A DNA stretch of 64,000 nucleotides from assembly GCF_036321535.1 (NCBI RefSeq), contig NC_087437.1:31932001-31996000 (forward strand). The letters run 5' to 3'. The position numbers were made by a program, and so were the translations under genes. The notes under the pieces were generated by a model. The model was not told where the DNA came from, did no database searches, and saw nothing but the letters and a program-made list of their open reading frames with translations. The number at the start of each line of letters is the position of its first letter. Position 1 is the first letter of the stretch. This document shows positions 50,966 to 64,000 of this stretch, piece by piece. This DNA is from Camelus dromedarius (Eukaryota).

Positions 50966-51689
50966 AAAAGAAACTCTAGCACACTGCTGGTGGGTATGTA
51001 AATTGGTGCAGCCACTATGGAAAAGAGTACAGAGGTTCCTCAAAAAACTAAAACCAGAACCACCATATGACCCAGCAATTTCACTCCTGGGTACATACTG
51101 GAAGAAAACACTAACTTGAAAAGATACACGCACCCCAATGGTCATAACAGCATTACTTACAATAGCCAAGATATGGAAGCAACCTAAGTGTCCATCAATA
51201 GATGAATAGCTAAAGAAGATGTGGTATATATACACAGTGGAATAGTACTGAGCCATAAAAAAGAATGAAATTTTGCTATTTGCAACAGCATGGGTAGACC
51301 TGGAGGGTATTATGCTTAATGAAATAAATAAGACAGAGAAAGACAAATACTGTATGTTATCACTTATATGTGGAATCTAAGAAATAAAACAAAGGAACAA
51401 ACATAACAAAAAAGAAACAGACTCACAGATATAGAGAACAAACTAGTTGTCACCAGTTGGGGAGAGAGAAAGGGGGATGGGCACGAAAGGGGTATAAGAT
51501 TAAGAGGCACAAACCACTATGTATAAGATAAATAAGCTATGAGGATATATTATACAGTACAGGGAATATAACCAAGATTTTATAATAACTTTAAATGGAG
51601 TATTATCTATAAAAAGCTTGAATCATTAAGCAGTACAGCTGAAACTAATATAATACAGTAAATCACAACTATACCTCAGTTAAAAAAAA
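50966..51689 (+). mobile_element. 5'-truncated L1 3' end
   Basis: [14 protein letters not shown]...[10 protein letters not shown] (ORF2 end), then 3'UTR and poly(A). Confidence 0.9.
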
Positions 51690-52809
51690 TTCCTCTCTGA
51701 CCACTTGTTTATATTGTTTTCTTATTTGCCATTTAATAAAAAGCCTTTAACACACAAGTTTTGACTCTGAAACAGTAATTAGGAAAGAAAACACTGCATG
51801 TGGGGGATGGAGATTACAGGGAAATGGCACAGTCGTCTTCCTCAGACCTACAGTATATTGCTAAACAAGCAAGTTCAACAAGTTGTGATTTTTCCAAACT
51901 AATACTTTCTTTCCCAAATCCCATCTCATGAGATTCATTAGGAAAATTTTGTCTTCTTTGCTAAGTCTAGGTTTTAATTATTTTGGGCTCAGCTGCTTCT
52001 TTGATTGAAAACAAAACAGAAGAACACAAGCCTGGAGTAGCATCTTTAAGTGAGTCTGTTCTTACACTGTCAGGACATGGAACTTGCTTGAAAGCCCTGG
52101 ATCACTTCAAATGCCTCTATACTTCCTGTTCCCAATTAAACTTCCTGGAATGTTCCCCCAGGAAGCTTTCCATATTCATCTTTTTTTTTTTTTTTTTGAG
52201 TAATCCAGGAACTCTTAGAGCCTGATAAAGGGATTAGGTAGGAACTTTTTAGCTAGGCAGAAGATATTTCTCTATGTTTGTTTGTTAACTGGATAATATC
52301 CCTTTTCTAAGCACTAAGCAGTTGACCTCTGACTTGAAGAAAAACAGAATAGTGGCTGTTACTCACTGATGACTTTGGTGGGAGGAAAAAAACAGCTTGT
52401 GGACTTCTGTTACTGCCATAACAGACTAGAAACCCAGAAAAGCCTCTGAACACAAAACAGCTAGAAATGATGGATTGAATATAACAGATAGTCTTCAAGA
52501 TATCAAACTTTTGAGAAAACAGGAGAGATTTCCAGACACCAATAGTGGCAAGATGGCGCTGATACCAGCCGCAACCCTGCTTTCGAACATATGGTGAGCA
52601 TGGTAGTCAAGAGATTTGGGTTTCTGACATGTGGGGACAGAGGAGAGGCCTTCAGCCATGAAAGGTTGGGAGGTAGAACCGAAGCTCTGTATAAATGCTA
52701 GGACTTTCAGGGACTCTTCAAAGGCTATGCCCCTAGAAAAAGATGTTTGGGCAAAGGGAAATGACAAGAGAAATTGTCTTCTTCTGGGCTCTGTGTTGAT
52801 AGAAAGAAG

Positions 52810-53440
52810 CTAGTCACAAAGGAATACAGATCATATGATGTAATTTATGTGATGTTATGGAATAGACTGATCTAATCTATGATTGAGCATGAGGAACTGT
52901 CTGGGGTGATAGTAATATTCTATAGTTTGTTTTGGGTGTTGATAACATGGGCTTATACAGTTGGCAAAACTCATGACCAAACTGTTATGATATGTAGGTT
53001 TTATTGTATGTAAATTATATTTCAATAAAAAAATTAAAATATGAAAAAGAAGAGAAACCAACTAGGAAATGTGCCTATAAGATGTAAAGAGCTTCTAAAA
53101 ATTCACATGAGAAGAAAATTTAATAGAGGAATGTGCAAACAAATGTAAACAGAAATTTCAAAGAAGAGAAAATGTAAAGCTAATAAATACATGGAGTGCA
53201 TAATCTCCCCAATAATGAGACAAATACAAAATAAAACACCACCACTTTGGCAGCTATTAGATATAATAAAAATTTAAGTCTGAAACAATTCCAAAATGCT
53301 GAGAAGGATGTGAGCAATGTACATTCTCATATACTGCAAATGGGAGTTTAAGTTGATGCAATGATTTTGGAGAATAATTTGGAAATACTTAGCAAAGATA
53401 AAATGCAATCTAGCAATTCTACTTTTGGCATATCGTAGAG
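52810..53440 (+). mobile_element. Old L1 (L1ME-like) 3' fragments
   Basis: TGGGGTGATAGTAATATTCTATA...TTTATTGTATGTAAATTATATTTCAATAAA; ATTCTCATATACTGC...TTGGAGAATAATTTGG. Confidence 0.65.
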
Positions 53441-54465
53441 CAGCAGTTCTTAAAATTTCAGGTCCTGGGATCTTTTTAAACCTTTAAAAATCATTGAGGA
53501 TACCAAAGACTTTTTGTTCATTTGAGTGACGTCTACCAGTATTTGTTGTATTAGAAAACAAAATTGAGAAATTAAAAAATACTTATTGTCACTTAAAAAG
53601 CAGTAATAAGCACACTACATGTTACCATGCATAACATATTTTTACTAAATAATGATATTTTCCATTATTTTAGTGAGAAGAGTGGCATTATTTTACATTT
53701 TTGCAAACATCTTCATGTCTAGCTTAATTGAAGACAGCTGGAGTTTGTTTCTACAGTCTACTGTGATGTATTGTTTTGATTGAAGTACATGAAGAAAATA
53801 AGGAAGAGTATTTTAATAGCCTTTTCAGATAATTGTGGCTGTCCCCAAACTTAACAAGTGGTAATTTCTTAGAGGTCAGTTGATATTAGGAATCTGAAAC
53901 TTTATCAATGAACTTTTTACACTCTGTTAAATTAAAATCTATGTCTATCTTGTACTTTGAAAGGATTTTTCCCCCATGGGTCATTTTGTAACATTTTGTA
54001 TTGGTCATTTAGAAAATATTGTTTTGCCAAGTTATACAGATTTTTCAAATGTTGATATATTTAATTACATTATACAACATCCAAAAAAAAAAAAAAACCT
54101 ACTGACTTCACCAGAGAAATCTTGAAATACTGACAAGTTGTCAAGCTTACATTTGAATTCAAAAATTCTAACTTTTGCTTGAAAACTCACATCATTAAGT
54201 TTTTGAGAAAATGTCTGTCAAATACCCAAGACTGAAATAATCACAGTTTGTCTGCCAGTTGTTCTTTCGAATAAAAAGTATTCCATGAAGAAAAATGATG
54301 GATCATCTTGCAACTCAAACAATTTCACAAGTGTTTTTCCTTGAGACACTATTGCACTCGGGCACACAGCAGAAGTACTTTGTGCTTACTTCCCATTGTG
54401 ACATACAAAACATTAAACAGAGGAGGATGTAAGAGTTGAAATTTAATACATTAATATTCTTTTTC
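53441..54465. mobile_element. Charlie1/Charlie1a (hAT) fragment
   Basis: Starts CAGCAGTTCTTAAA...TTAAAAATCATTGAGGATACCAAAGAC; internal TAGTGAGAAGAGTGGCATT. Confidence 0.8.
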
Positions 54466-54467
54466 CT

Positions 54468-56333
54468 TTACCCACAGTAGAACTTCTTTCAAAATTGGAG
54501 TCACTCCTCTCACACTCTGCTACTGCTGTATCAACTAAGCTTACATGATAGTCTAAAGCCTAACATTTCAAAAATCTTCACAGCATCTTCACTGGGAGTA
54601 TATTTGCTCTCAAGAAATCACATTCTTTGTTCATCCATAAGAAGCAACTCCTCATTCATTAAAGTTTAATCATGAGATTGCAGAAATTCACTCACATCTT
54701 CAGGCTCCACTTCCAATTTTAGTTCTTTTGCTACTTCCAGCACATCTGCAGTTACTTCCTCCCCTAAAGTCTTGAACCCTTCAAAGTCATCCAAGAGGGT
54801 TGAAATCAACTTCTTCCAAACTCCTTTTAATGTTGATATTTTGACTTCTTCCCATGAATCATGCATGTTCTTAATGGAATGTAAAATTACAAATCCTTTC
54901 AATTAGCTTTGCTCAGATCCATCAGAGGAATCACTATCTACAGTGGTAATAGCCCCACAAAATGTATTTTTTAACTAATAAGACTTGAAAGTCAAAATTA
55001 CTCCTTGATTCATAGGCTGCAGAATGGATGATGTGTTGGCTGGCAGGAAAACAACATTAATCTCATACATCTCCATCAGAGCTCTTGGTCAGGTGCACTG
55101 TCAGTTAGCAGTAATATTTTGAAAGGAGTCTTTTTTTCTCCTGAGCATTAGTTTTCAACAGTGGGCTTAAAATATTCAGTAAACCATGTTGTAAACAGAT
55201 GTGCTGTCACCCAGGCTTTGCTTCTCCATTTATAGAGCACAGGCATAGTAGATTCAGCATAATTCTTAAGAGCTCTAGGATTTTCAGATTGGTGAATGAG
55301 CACTGGATTCAACTTAAAGTCACAGCTACATTAACCCCTAATAAGAGAGTCAGCCTGTGGTCTGAAGCTTTGAAGCCAAACACTGACTTCTCATCTCTAG
55401 CTATGAAAGTCCTAGACAGCATCTTCATCCAGTATGTGGCTGATTTGTCTATACTGAAAATCTGTTCTTTAGTGTTGCCACCTTCATTATTTATCTTCGC
55501 TAGATCTCCTGGATAATTCATTGTAGCCTCTACATCAGTACTTACTGTTTCACCTCTCACGAGCCAACCTCTGCTGGCTTCAAACTTTTCTTCTGCAGCT
55601 TCCTCACCTCTCTCAGCCTTCGCAGAATTGTGTTAGGGCCTTGCTCTGAATTAGACTTTGGTTTAAGGGAGTGTTGTGTCTGGGTTGATCGTCTATCCAG
55701 ACCACTAAAACCTTCTCCATATCAGCAATAAGAATGATTCACTTTCTCATCATTTGTGTGGTCACTGGAATAGCACTTTTAGTTTTTTTCAAGAACTTTT
55801 CCTTTGCATTCACAACTGTTTGGCACAAGAAACTTAGATTTTGGTCTATCTTTGCTTTCAACATGCCCTCCTCACTAAGCTTAATCATTTCAAGCTTTCA
55901 ATTTAAAGTGAGAGATGTGTGACTCTTCCTTTCACTTGAACATTGTAGGGTTATTAATTGGCCTAATTTCAATATTGTTGTGCCTCAGGGAGTAAGGAGG
56001 CCTGAGGAGAGATATGGGAACGGCTGGTCAGTGGAGCAGTTAGAACACACACAACATCTATCAGTTAAGTTCACCATCTTATATGGATGTGCTTTGTGGT
56101 ACCCTAGTTATAATAAAACAATTACAATACTAACATCAAAGATCACCGATCGCCATAAAAAATAGAATAATGAAAAAGAAATATTGCAAGAATTACCAAA
56201 ATGTAACATAGAGACAGGAAGTGAGCAAATGCTGTTGGAAAAATGGTGCTGACAGACTTGCCACAAACCTTCCATTTGTAAAAAATCCAGTATCTCCGAA
56301 GTAAAGCAAAGTGCAATGAAACAGGTATGCCCA
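54468..56333 (-). mobile_element. Tigger1 DNA transposon with degraded transposase
   Basis: ORF remnants 54666-54902 (DSWEEVKISTLKGVWKKLI...ELKLEVEPEDVSEFLQSHD) and 55309-55560 ([24 protein letters not shown]) resemble Tigger1/TIGD1-type transposase. 5' terminus at ~56333 followed by TA. Confidence 0.92.
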
Positions 56334-56627
56334 TAAAGTCAGGGAGTAACTTCGAAGTAATGGTGTCATTCTCCTTAATGACACCAAAAAGATGTTCAGC
56401 TATATGGGGCTGCTTGTTTTCCTTAGAGAAAGTGACAAGTCAAACTCACTATTTAGCAAGTAGATTGCCTTCAAGTCATTCATTCTCTTTATAGAAAGCA
56501 TCTCTCGATCTCTGATTTTGGTTACAGGTATAAACTGAAACTGTCTGCTCCCACTGTGATCAAGATCGTTGATTTAGTCTCTTCATGTTTTCAGCATTCT
56601 CAGCATCCAGAGCTCTGTGGCATCTGC

Positions 56628-56825
56628 TGTTTGTTTTGTTTGTTTGTTTGTTTGTTTGTTTGTTTGTTTGTATATATATGCTTCTATTGAAGTATAGTCA
56701 GTTTACAACATTGTGTCAATTTCTGGTGTACAGCATAATGCTTCAGTCATACATGAACATACATATATTCATTTTCATGTTCTTTTACACCATGTTACTA
56801 CAAGATATTGAATACAGTTCCCTGC
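56628..56825 (-). mobile_element. Short L1 3' end with (TTTG)n tail
   Basis: TATTGAAGTATAGTCAGTTTACAACATTGTGTCAATTTCTGGTGTACAGC, same family as the 49614 copy. Confidence 0.85.
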
Positions 56826-57877
56826 ATTTGCTATTTTAATTCCATCTTCAGGGGGTTTCTTGCCGTCTTGAACTTTGTAATTGAAGTGGAGTTGCTACCG
56901 TCACTGTAACCTCAGCAGCCTTTGACATTTCACCCGACCCCCACCCCAAGCCTGTCCTTTCCAGGGATTTGAAATGTAAAACAAACTGCCTGGGCAAGTG
57001 AGTGGTGACAGACACCAAAATAGAGTTTTCACAATGGCTTTTCATTTTGGGGTACAACCTCATGTTTTTCTCAGAGGATCTGGTTCAAAACAAAGGCAAA
57101 ACCTTCACAACTTTTTGCTTTTTTGAAGCAGACACTCTAAATAGGGAAATAATATGTTAATAAATAATAGGAAATTCTAATTCCACTTAGATGATCCTTT
57201 GAAAAGTTGTTAGGAAGTTGTACAGTCTATCTGTTCCTCTGCTCTAAACTGCATCCCTGACTTGATTGTGTCTTACCACATGCTGTCTGTCTAGACCACA
57301 TAGTTTGAGCCCTGACCCAAATTACTTTTTTTGTTGTTGTAGTTGTTCTATATACCAGTGTTGTGCTATTGGTTTTTCACTGCAGAATGTTATTTTTAGG
57401 GGAAAAAAATGATAACAATCAATTAACCAATAAGCTTTTTTAAAAAAATCCCTTATTACTCATTTGTTCTACTGTAGAAATTTTTGCCCTCCCCTGCCAC
57501 TCTTACCTCCTCATTCAGGCTTTAGGAGGCACCCACTGACTCAGAAAAGGGATGTGAATAGAACTTAGAGAGAAATAACAGTGAATTATCAGCCTCTGAA
57601 TTTCAGAATAAACTTCTGAAACTCAGCAGAGAGAATATTTGGAGAAAATACGGTATTAAGTCTTTCAAGTCAGGATTTTGAGATTAAAAGTTTCATGACC
57701 ATAGAGAACCAGGATATGAACTTTGTTGCATAAATAATACATCTGGGAATACTGTGGAGAAGAGAGACTAAAAAATATCTGAATAAATGGAGAATACTCC
57801 CAGCTGACTGAGTTTTCCCCGAATTGACTAAGATGACGTTTTCCACCAGGTAAAACGGGATCCGGGACTCAAGACAT

Positions 57878-60800
57878 AAATTAAGTCAAATATAAAGTAG
57901 TAACAATAGAAAAGACCAGTGAAACTAAAAGCTGGTTCTTTGAAAAGATAAACAAAATTGATAAAACTTTAGTCAGACTCATCAAGAAAAAAGGGGGAAG
58001 GGATAGATGGGACTTCAAAATTGTAGAATAGATAAACAAGATTATACTGTATAGCACAGGGAAATATATACAAGATCTTATGGTAGCTCACAGAGAAAAA
58101 AATGTGACAATGAATATATATATATGTTCACGTATAACTGAAAAATTGTGCTCTACACTGGAATTTGACACAACATTGTAAAATGATTATAAGTCAATAA
58201 AAAATGTTTAAAGAAAAAGAAAAAAGAAACAAAGGGGAGAGGGCCCAAATTAACCAAATTAGAAAAGAAAAAGGAGAAGTTACAACCAACACCACAGAAA
58301 TACAAGGGATCATAAGAGGCTGCTATGAGCAACTATACTCCAACAAAAAGGACAATGTAGAAGAAATGGACGATTTCTTAGAAAGGTACAATTTGCCAAG
58401 ACTGCACCAGGAAGAAACAGACAACATGAATAGACCAATTACCAGTACTGAAATTGAATCAGTAATTTAAAAACTCCCAACAAACAGAAGTCCAGGACCA
58501 GATGGCTTTACGGGTGAATTCTACCAAACATGCAGAGAAGAGTTAACACCTATCCTAAAACTATTCCAAAAAACTGCAGCAGATGGAACACTTCTAAACT
58601 CATTCTCTGAGGCCATCATCACCCATCACCAAAACCAGACAAAGATACCACGAAAAAAGAAAATTACAAGCCAGTATCACTTATGCATATAGATGCAAAA
58701 ATCCTCAACAAAATACTTCCAATTCAAGTCCAACAATTCATTAAAAGAATCACATAACATGGTCAAGTGGGATTTATCCTAGGGATGCAAGGATTTTTCA
58801 ATATCTGCAGATCAACCAATGTGATACACCACATTAACAAATTGAAGAATAAAAACCATATGATCATCTCAATAGATGCAGAAAAAGCTTTTGATAAAAC
58901 TCAAAATCCATTTATGATAAAAATTCTCCAGAAAGTGGGCATAGATGGAACATATCTCAACATAATAAAGGCCATATATGACGAACCCATAGTTAACATC
59001 ACACTTAGTGGGGAAAAGCTGAAAGCTTTTCCTTGAAGATCAGGAGCAAGGATGCCCACTCTCGCCACTTTTAGTTAACATAATTTTGGAAGTCCTAGTC
59101 ATAGCAATCAGAGAATAAAAAGAAATAAAAGGAATCCAAATTGAAAACAAAGCAGTAAAACTGTCACCTTCTATGTATGATACTGTACATAGAAAACCCT
59201 AAAGAAGCAAGCAGCAAACTACTAGAACTCATCAATGAATTTGGTAAAGTTGCAGGATACAAAATTAATATTCAGAAATCAGTTGCATTTCTATACACTA
59301 ACAACAAAATAGCAGAAAAAGAAATTAAGGAAACAATACCATTCACCATCCCACCAAAAATAATAAAATATCTAGGAATAAACCTATCCACGGAGGCAAA
59401 AGACCTGTAGTCCAAAAACTATAAGACACTGATGAAAGAAATTGAAGACAACATAAACAAATAGAAAGATACACTGCATTCTTGGATTGGAAGAATCAAT
59501 ATTGTTAAAATGGCCTTACTACCCAAGGTAATATACAGAGTCAGTGCAATCCGTATCAAATTACCAATGATATTTTTCACAGAGCTGGAACAAAAAATGT
59601 TAAAATTTGTATAGAAACACAAAAGACCCTGCATAGCCAAAATTATCTTGAAAAAGAAGAATGGATCTGGGGAAATCATGCTTCCTGACTTCAGACTATA
59701 CTGAAAAGCTACAGTAATCAAAACCGTATAGTACTGGAATAAAAACAGACACACAGATCAATGGAACAGGATAGAAAGTCCAGAAATAAATCCACACACT
59801 TATGGTCAATTAATCTATGACAAAGGAGGCAAGAATATACAATGGAGAAAAGACAGTCTCTTCAATAAGTGGTGCTGGGGAAATTGGAGAGCTACATGTA
59901 AAACACTGAAATTAGAACATTCTCTAATACCATATACAAAACTAAACTCAAAATGGATTAAAGACTTAAATGTAAGACCAGATACTATAAAACTCTTCAA
60001 GGAAAACATAGGCAGGACACTCTTGGACATAGATCACAGCAATATATTTTTTGAACCAGATCCTGGAGTATTGGAAATAAAAGCAAAAATAAACAAATGG
60101 GATCTAATTAAACTGAAAAGCTTTTGCATAGCTAAGGATACCATCAACAAAACAAAAAGATAACCTACAGAATAGGAGAAAATATTTGCAAATGATGCGA
60201 CCGACAAGGGACTAATTTCCAAAATATACAAACAGCTCATATGCCTTAATATTGGGGGGGGGGGAACCAAGCAACCCAATAAAAAATGGGCAGAAGACCT
60301 AAATATATATCTCTCCAAAGAAGACATACAGATGGCCAACAAGCACATGAAAAGATACTCAACATCACTAATTGTTAGAGAAACGCAAATCAAAACTACA
60401 ATGAGATATCACTTCACACCAGTCAGAATGGCCATCATTAAAAAGTCTACAAATAATAAATGCTGGACTGGGTGTGGAGAAAAAGGAACCCTCCTACACT
60501 GTTGGTGGGAATGTAAACTGGTGCAACCACTGTGGAGGACAGTATGGAGGTTCCTTAAAAAGCTAAAAGTAGACTTACCATATGATCCAGCCATTCCACT
60601 CTTAGGCATATATCTGGAGAAAAATATAATTAAAAAAGGCACATGCACCCCAATGTTCACAGCAATACTATTTACGATAGCCAAGCCATGGAAACAACCC
60701 AAATATCCATTGACAGATTACTAGATAAAGAAGTTGTGGTATATTTATACAATGGACTACTACTCAGCCATAAAAAATAATAAAATAATGCCATTTGCAG

Positions 60801-61017
60801 CAACATGGATGGACCTGGAGAATGTCATTCTAAGTGAAGTAAGCCAGAAAGAGAAAGAAAAATGTCATATGGTGTTGCTTATATGTGGAATCTAGAAAAA
60901 AGGACACAAATGAACTTATCTACAAAACAGAAACAGACTCACAGACATAGAACAAATTTATGGTTACCAGAGGGTAAAGGGGGTGGGAAGGGATAAACAG
61001 GGAATTCAAAAGTTGCA
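57878..61017 (+). mobile_element. ~3.1-kb 5'-truncated L1 with frameshifted ORF2 (RT and C-terminal domains)
   Basis: ORF pieces: [15 protein letters not shown]...[23 protein letters not shown]...[41 protein letters not shown]. Confidence 0.95.
57997..58223 (+). mobile_element. Short L1 3' end nested inside the 57.9-61.0 kb L1
   Basis: 3'UTR plus A-rich tail interrupts ORF2; flanks AAGAAAAAAGGGG / AAGAAACAAAGGGG. Confidence 0.85.
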
Positions 61018-61019
61018 TC

Positions 61020-61168
61020 TCTTGGGGAGTGATGAAAATGTTAGCTACCTTGATTGTGGTAGTGGTTTCACTGGTGTATACGTCTATCGAAATTCATCAA
61101 ATAGTACATTTGATCTATGTGTAGTTTTACTGTACAGGAACCATACCACAATAAAGGTTTTAAAAAAT
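61020..61168 (+). mobile_element. Old L1 (L1MB/ME-like) 3' terminus
   Basis: GGGGAGTGATGAAAATGTT...CTTGATTGTGGTAGTGGTTTCAC...CAATAAAG. Confidence 0.75.
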
Positions 61169-61567
61169 TCAAAGTAGTAAAGAAAATTACATTATTTACA
61201 TGTTTGAAGTCATGAGAGTGTTGGCACCATTACACATCCTTATGAAACTTGCTCTTAGCCTTGGTGGGGACATAAGGTGCCTGTTGTTGCTATATTAGAG
61301 TGAGGCCCCACAGGAAAAAATTCTTGGGTCTCATTATCGGGAGTATTTTCTTCCTCTGGGCAACTGGTTTATTTTTAGTCTGGGAAACTGTGACTCATGG
61401 ATCTGATTGAATGTCTCTCTGACTTCGGCTGCGTGAAAGCACTGAGTCAGCTCTGAACCCTACCTGCCATTTGCAGTGCTGTTCACAGCACACACTTCAT
61501 GTGCTTACGTCATCCTGGTAACTATTCTTCCTGCCTTCAGTTCCTTCTGCCCTATGCCTTTACTTCT

Positions 61568-62331
61568 TGTCAATCTGGTTGGACTTTCTGGGAAGCAGAC
61601 CCTGAGACAGAATTTAAGGTGAAGGGTGTTTATTAAGGAGTACCCTTGGAATCAACAACTATGGAAGGCAGTGGAGAAAAATCAAGACTGGGGATGTAGT
61701 GAAGTTAAGCTTTGACGCAGACCCAGTGACAGCCTCCGCCAACCCTGTGGGAAGCTCTGGAGGTAGAATGGCCCCTCAGAGTTGTTCTAAGTTGATCCTG
61801 AGTGACAGCTCTTTATTCTCCTCCAGCAACCATTTATTCAATGTCAGTTGCCCCAGGAAGAGAAGTGGCATTGGCCAGTAGGCTCTCTGCAGCTAAGACA
61901 ATCCTCAAAGGGAATGACAGCTGAAGGGTGTTACCAACAGCACTCCCAGCAGCAAATTCTTCACTGGAGAGGGGCCTTGGTAATGCGTCAGTACTACAGA
62001 CTAAATGTGCCCCTCCAGATTCATGTCTCTGATGTGATGATGTCTGGAGATGGGACTTTTGGTAGGTAGCTAGGTGATAAGGGCAGAGCCCTCATGAACT
62101 GGTTAGTGCCCCTATGAAAGAGACCCCAGAGAGCTCCCTTGCCCCTTCCACCACATGAGGATACAGTGAGAAGGCTGTCTGTGAACCAGGAAGCAGGACC
62201 TGGTGCCTTGATCTTGGTCTTCCCAGCCTTCAGAACTGTGGGAAATAAATGGCTGTCGTTTACACACTGCCCAGTCCAGGGTAATTTGTTACAGCAGCCT
62301 GAATGGACTGAGACAATCAGTGTCCACCACA
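61568..62331 (-). mobile_element. ERVL LTR (LTR33-family-like), interrupted near its end by MLT1A
   Basis: GGGAAGCAGACCCTGAGAC...GTTTATT...GGGAAGCTCTGGAG...ATGGCCCCTCAGAGTTG; ends GTCCACCACA after the MLT1A. Confidence 0.65.
61992..62315 (+). mobile_element. MaLR solo LTR (MLT1A0-like)
   Basis: GAGACCCCAGAGAGCTCCCTTGCCCCTTCCACC...TTACAGCAGCCTGAATGGACTGAGACA; TSD-like GTCAG/ATCAG. Confidence 0.9.
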
Positions 62332-62689
62332 CTTATTTTTAAAATCTAGTATATATTTTTTAAAACTATAAATAATTTTTGGAACAAGGGTACAAATAGG
62401 TAGTTGTAAGTGACCCTGTTCTCATTCCTTCCCACTTATGTTACCTCTTATCTTAACTTTGATCCTGAATCTTTGCATGAGCTGTTCCCTGAGACTAGAA
62501 TGCCCTCCCTTTTCTTTGACTGAGAGTGTGAAAGGACAGGCCTACTACAGAAAAAAGTTGGATTCCTTCTTCAAGGCCCAGAATATCATCACCTTTTCAG
62601 TTGATCCCTTCCAGCAAAGTCAGCTGCCTCCTTCTCGCTCTCTGCCAAGCCCCCCACATCACACTCTCATAATCCTTTCTCTACAGATG

Positions 62690-63640
62690 GGACTTCCCCT
62701 CAAACCTGACCCCCCTCTGAGTGTTCTCTTTATAGAATGGTGCCACCATCAATCCACTGGTGCCAGAATCCTGGGGGTGGGTTCCAATCCATCGCCAACT
62801 CCTGCAAGTTTCATTTCTAGAATCTCTCTCTAGCCCTCCATTTCTAGTTCCAGTGCCATGCCCTTCTTATGAATTTTCATTATATCTCTTGCTTGTACTA
62901 TCTTAATAGCCTCCTGTCTTTCTCCCAGTTTCTATTCCTGCTTTCCCAATAATGCATTCTCTACACAGCAGCTGGAGGACTCTTACAAAACTGCTGATCT
63001 AGTCATATCACCCCGGTTTAAGCCTGTCACTAGCTCTCCCTCTGGGCCTGCATGACTTGCCCATATCCCCAGGGTCACCACCTCCTCAGTTTTCTTCTCA
63101 TCTCTGCTGTTTTCTGGACACATTGGCCTGTTTTGATTCCTTCAACGGGCTGTAACTTTTTTCTTCCCAGGGTCTTCTCTCATTCTGATCTCTCTCTCTG
63201 GTCTGCTTTTCCTCCGCCTCTCCTGTGGACTCCTGGTTGTCCATCAGATCTCAGATCAGATAACTCTTCCTACAGGAAGCTGTCCCTAACGTCCTAACTA
63301 GGTCAGTTCTCTCATTTCCCAATCTCTATCCATTGTGCTTCCTTGTAGTCCAGGTCACACGGCAATTTCGTAATTCATTAACAAAAGACTTTAACATCTT
63401 TCTCTTCTGCTAGAATATAAATTCCACAAAGGTTGGGATATCTTAATGACCTCAACATTCCCAATGTTTAGCACAGGACCAGCACAAAAGACGTGCTTTA
63501 TGTTTTGATTTACTTACTGGATAAATATGTACTTATTTACTGAGTTTCTTAGAGGCATGGACAATTTATTAGTAAATGTCCTAGCATAGCATTTAGCATA
63601 TGTTGGATGCTCAATGAGTGTTTATTCATAAATGCCTAAA
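62690..63640 (+). mobile_element. Degenerate L2 fragments
   Basis: L2 3' motifs (CTAGAATATAAATTCCACAAAGG...TTAGCACAG; GCTCAATGAGTG). Confidence 0.6.
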
Positions 63641-64000
63641 TCAACAATTTGAAGGGTCTTGGGGAACAGGGGGCAGACATTTTGTGTAGCTGCAGGAGAG
63701 AGAATTAGAACTGAAGTTTAGAAATTACAGAAAGGCAAAATTTTCCAAAAAACAATATAAGGGATGAGTAACCTAATAGGAATCACATCCAAACACTTCT
63801 TTTGAATGTTTTTGGGTTCTGGGATTATGAGTAATTTCTATCATATTTTAATAGTCTTTTGTTTTCTGAATTTTCTGATAAATATTATTTTCATAATTAG
63901 AAAATACTTATTTGAAAAAATGTGGACTGGTGACAAAGTAATGGATTCTCTGTTCCTAGAAGTGTTTGAGCAGCTGGGAAGAACACTTGCCAATGATGAC

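Noticed and set aside
54666..55560. Possible domesticated TIGD1-like gene
   Set aside because: The transposase is broken by stops, frameshifts and deletions: an ordinary Tigger1 fossil.
58204..60724. Possible active L1 reverse transcriptase
   Set aside because: 5'-truncated, multiply frameshifted, carries a nested insertion, and the catalytic motif region is degraded.

Overview
This is mammalian, most likely camelid, non-coding DNA. The evidence is five tRNA-Ala-derived SINEs resembling the vic-1 family plus young L1 3' ends. The first ~300 bp are the edge of a CpG-island promoter (CRE, NRF1-like, KLF and Sp1 motifs), probably for a gene to the left of the window. I recognise no protein-coding exon. 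The listed ORFs are transposon remnants (L1 ORF2, Tigger1 transposase) or probably chance. A large share of the window is interspersed repeat: L1, L2, MIR, MaLR/ERVL LTRs, Charlie1, Tigger1, MER8, MER5A. The largest structure is a 5.56-kb two-LTR ERV1-like provirus remnant (36646-42204, minus strand) with a 4-bp TSD, a tRNA-Arg PBS and a PPT, plus a solo LTR of the same family 11 kb away. The best unexplained signals are regulatory: two identical reverse CTCF cores and a divergent forward one, a 33-bp direct repeat 540 bp apart with STAT6-type motifs, and CpG-retaining enhancer-like blocks. I cannot support a new biological system. Repeat family names come from remembered consensus sequences, not a search, and many boundaries are approximate.
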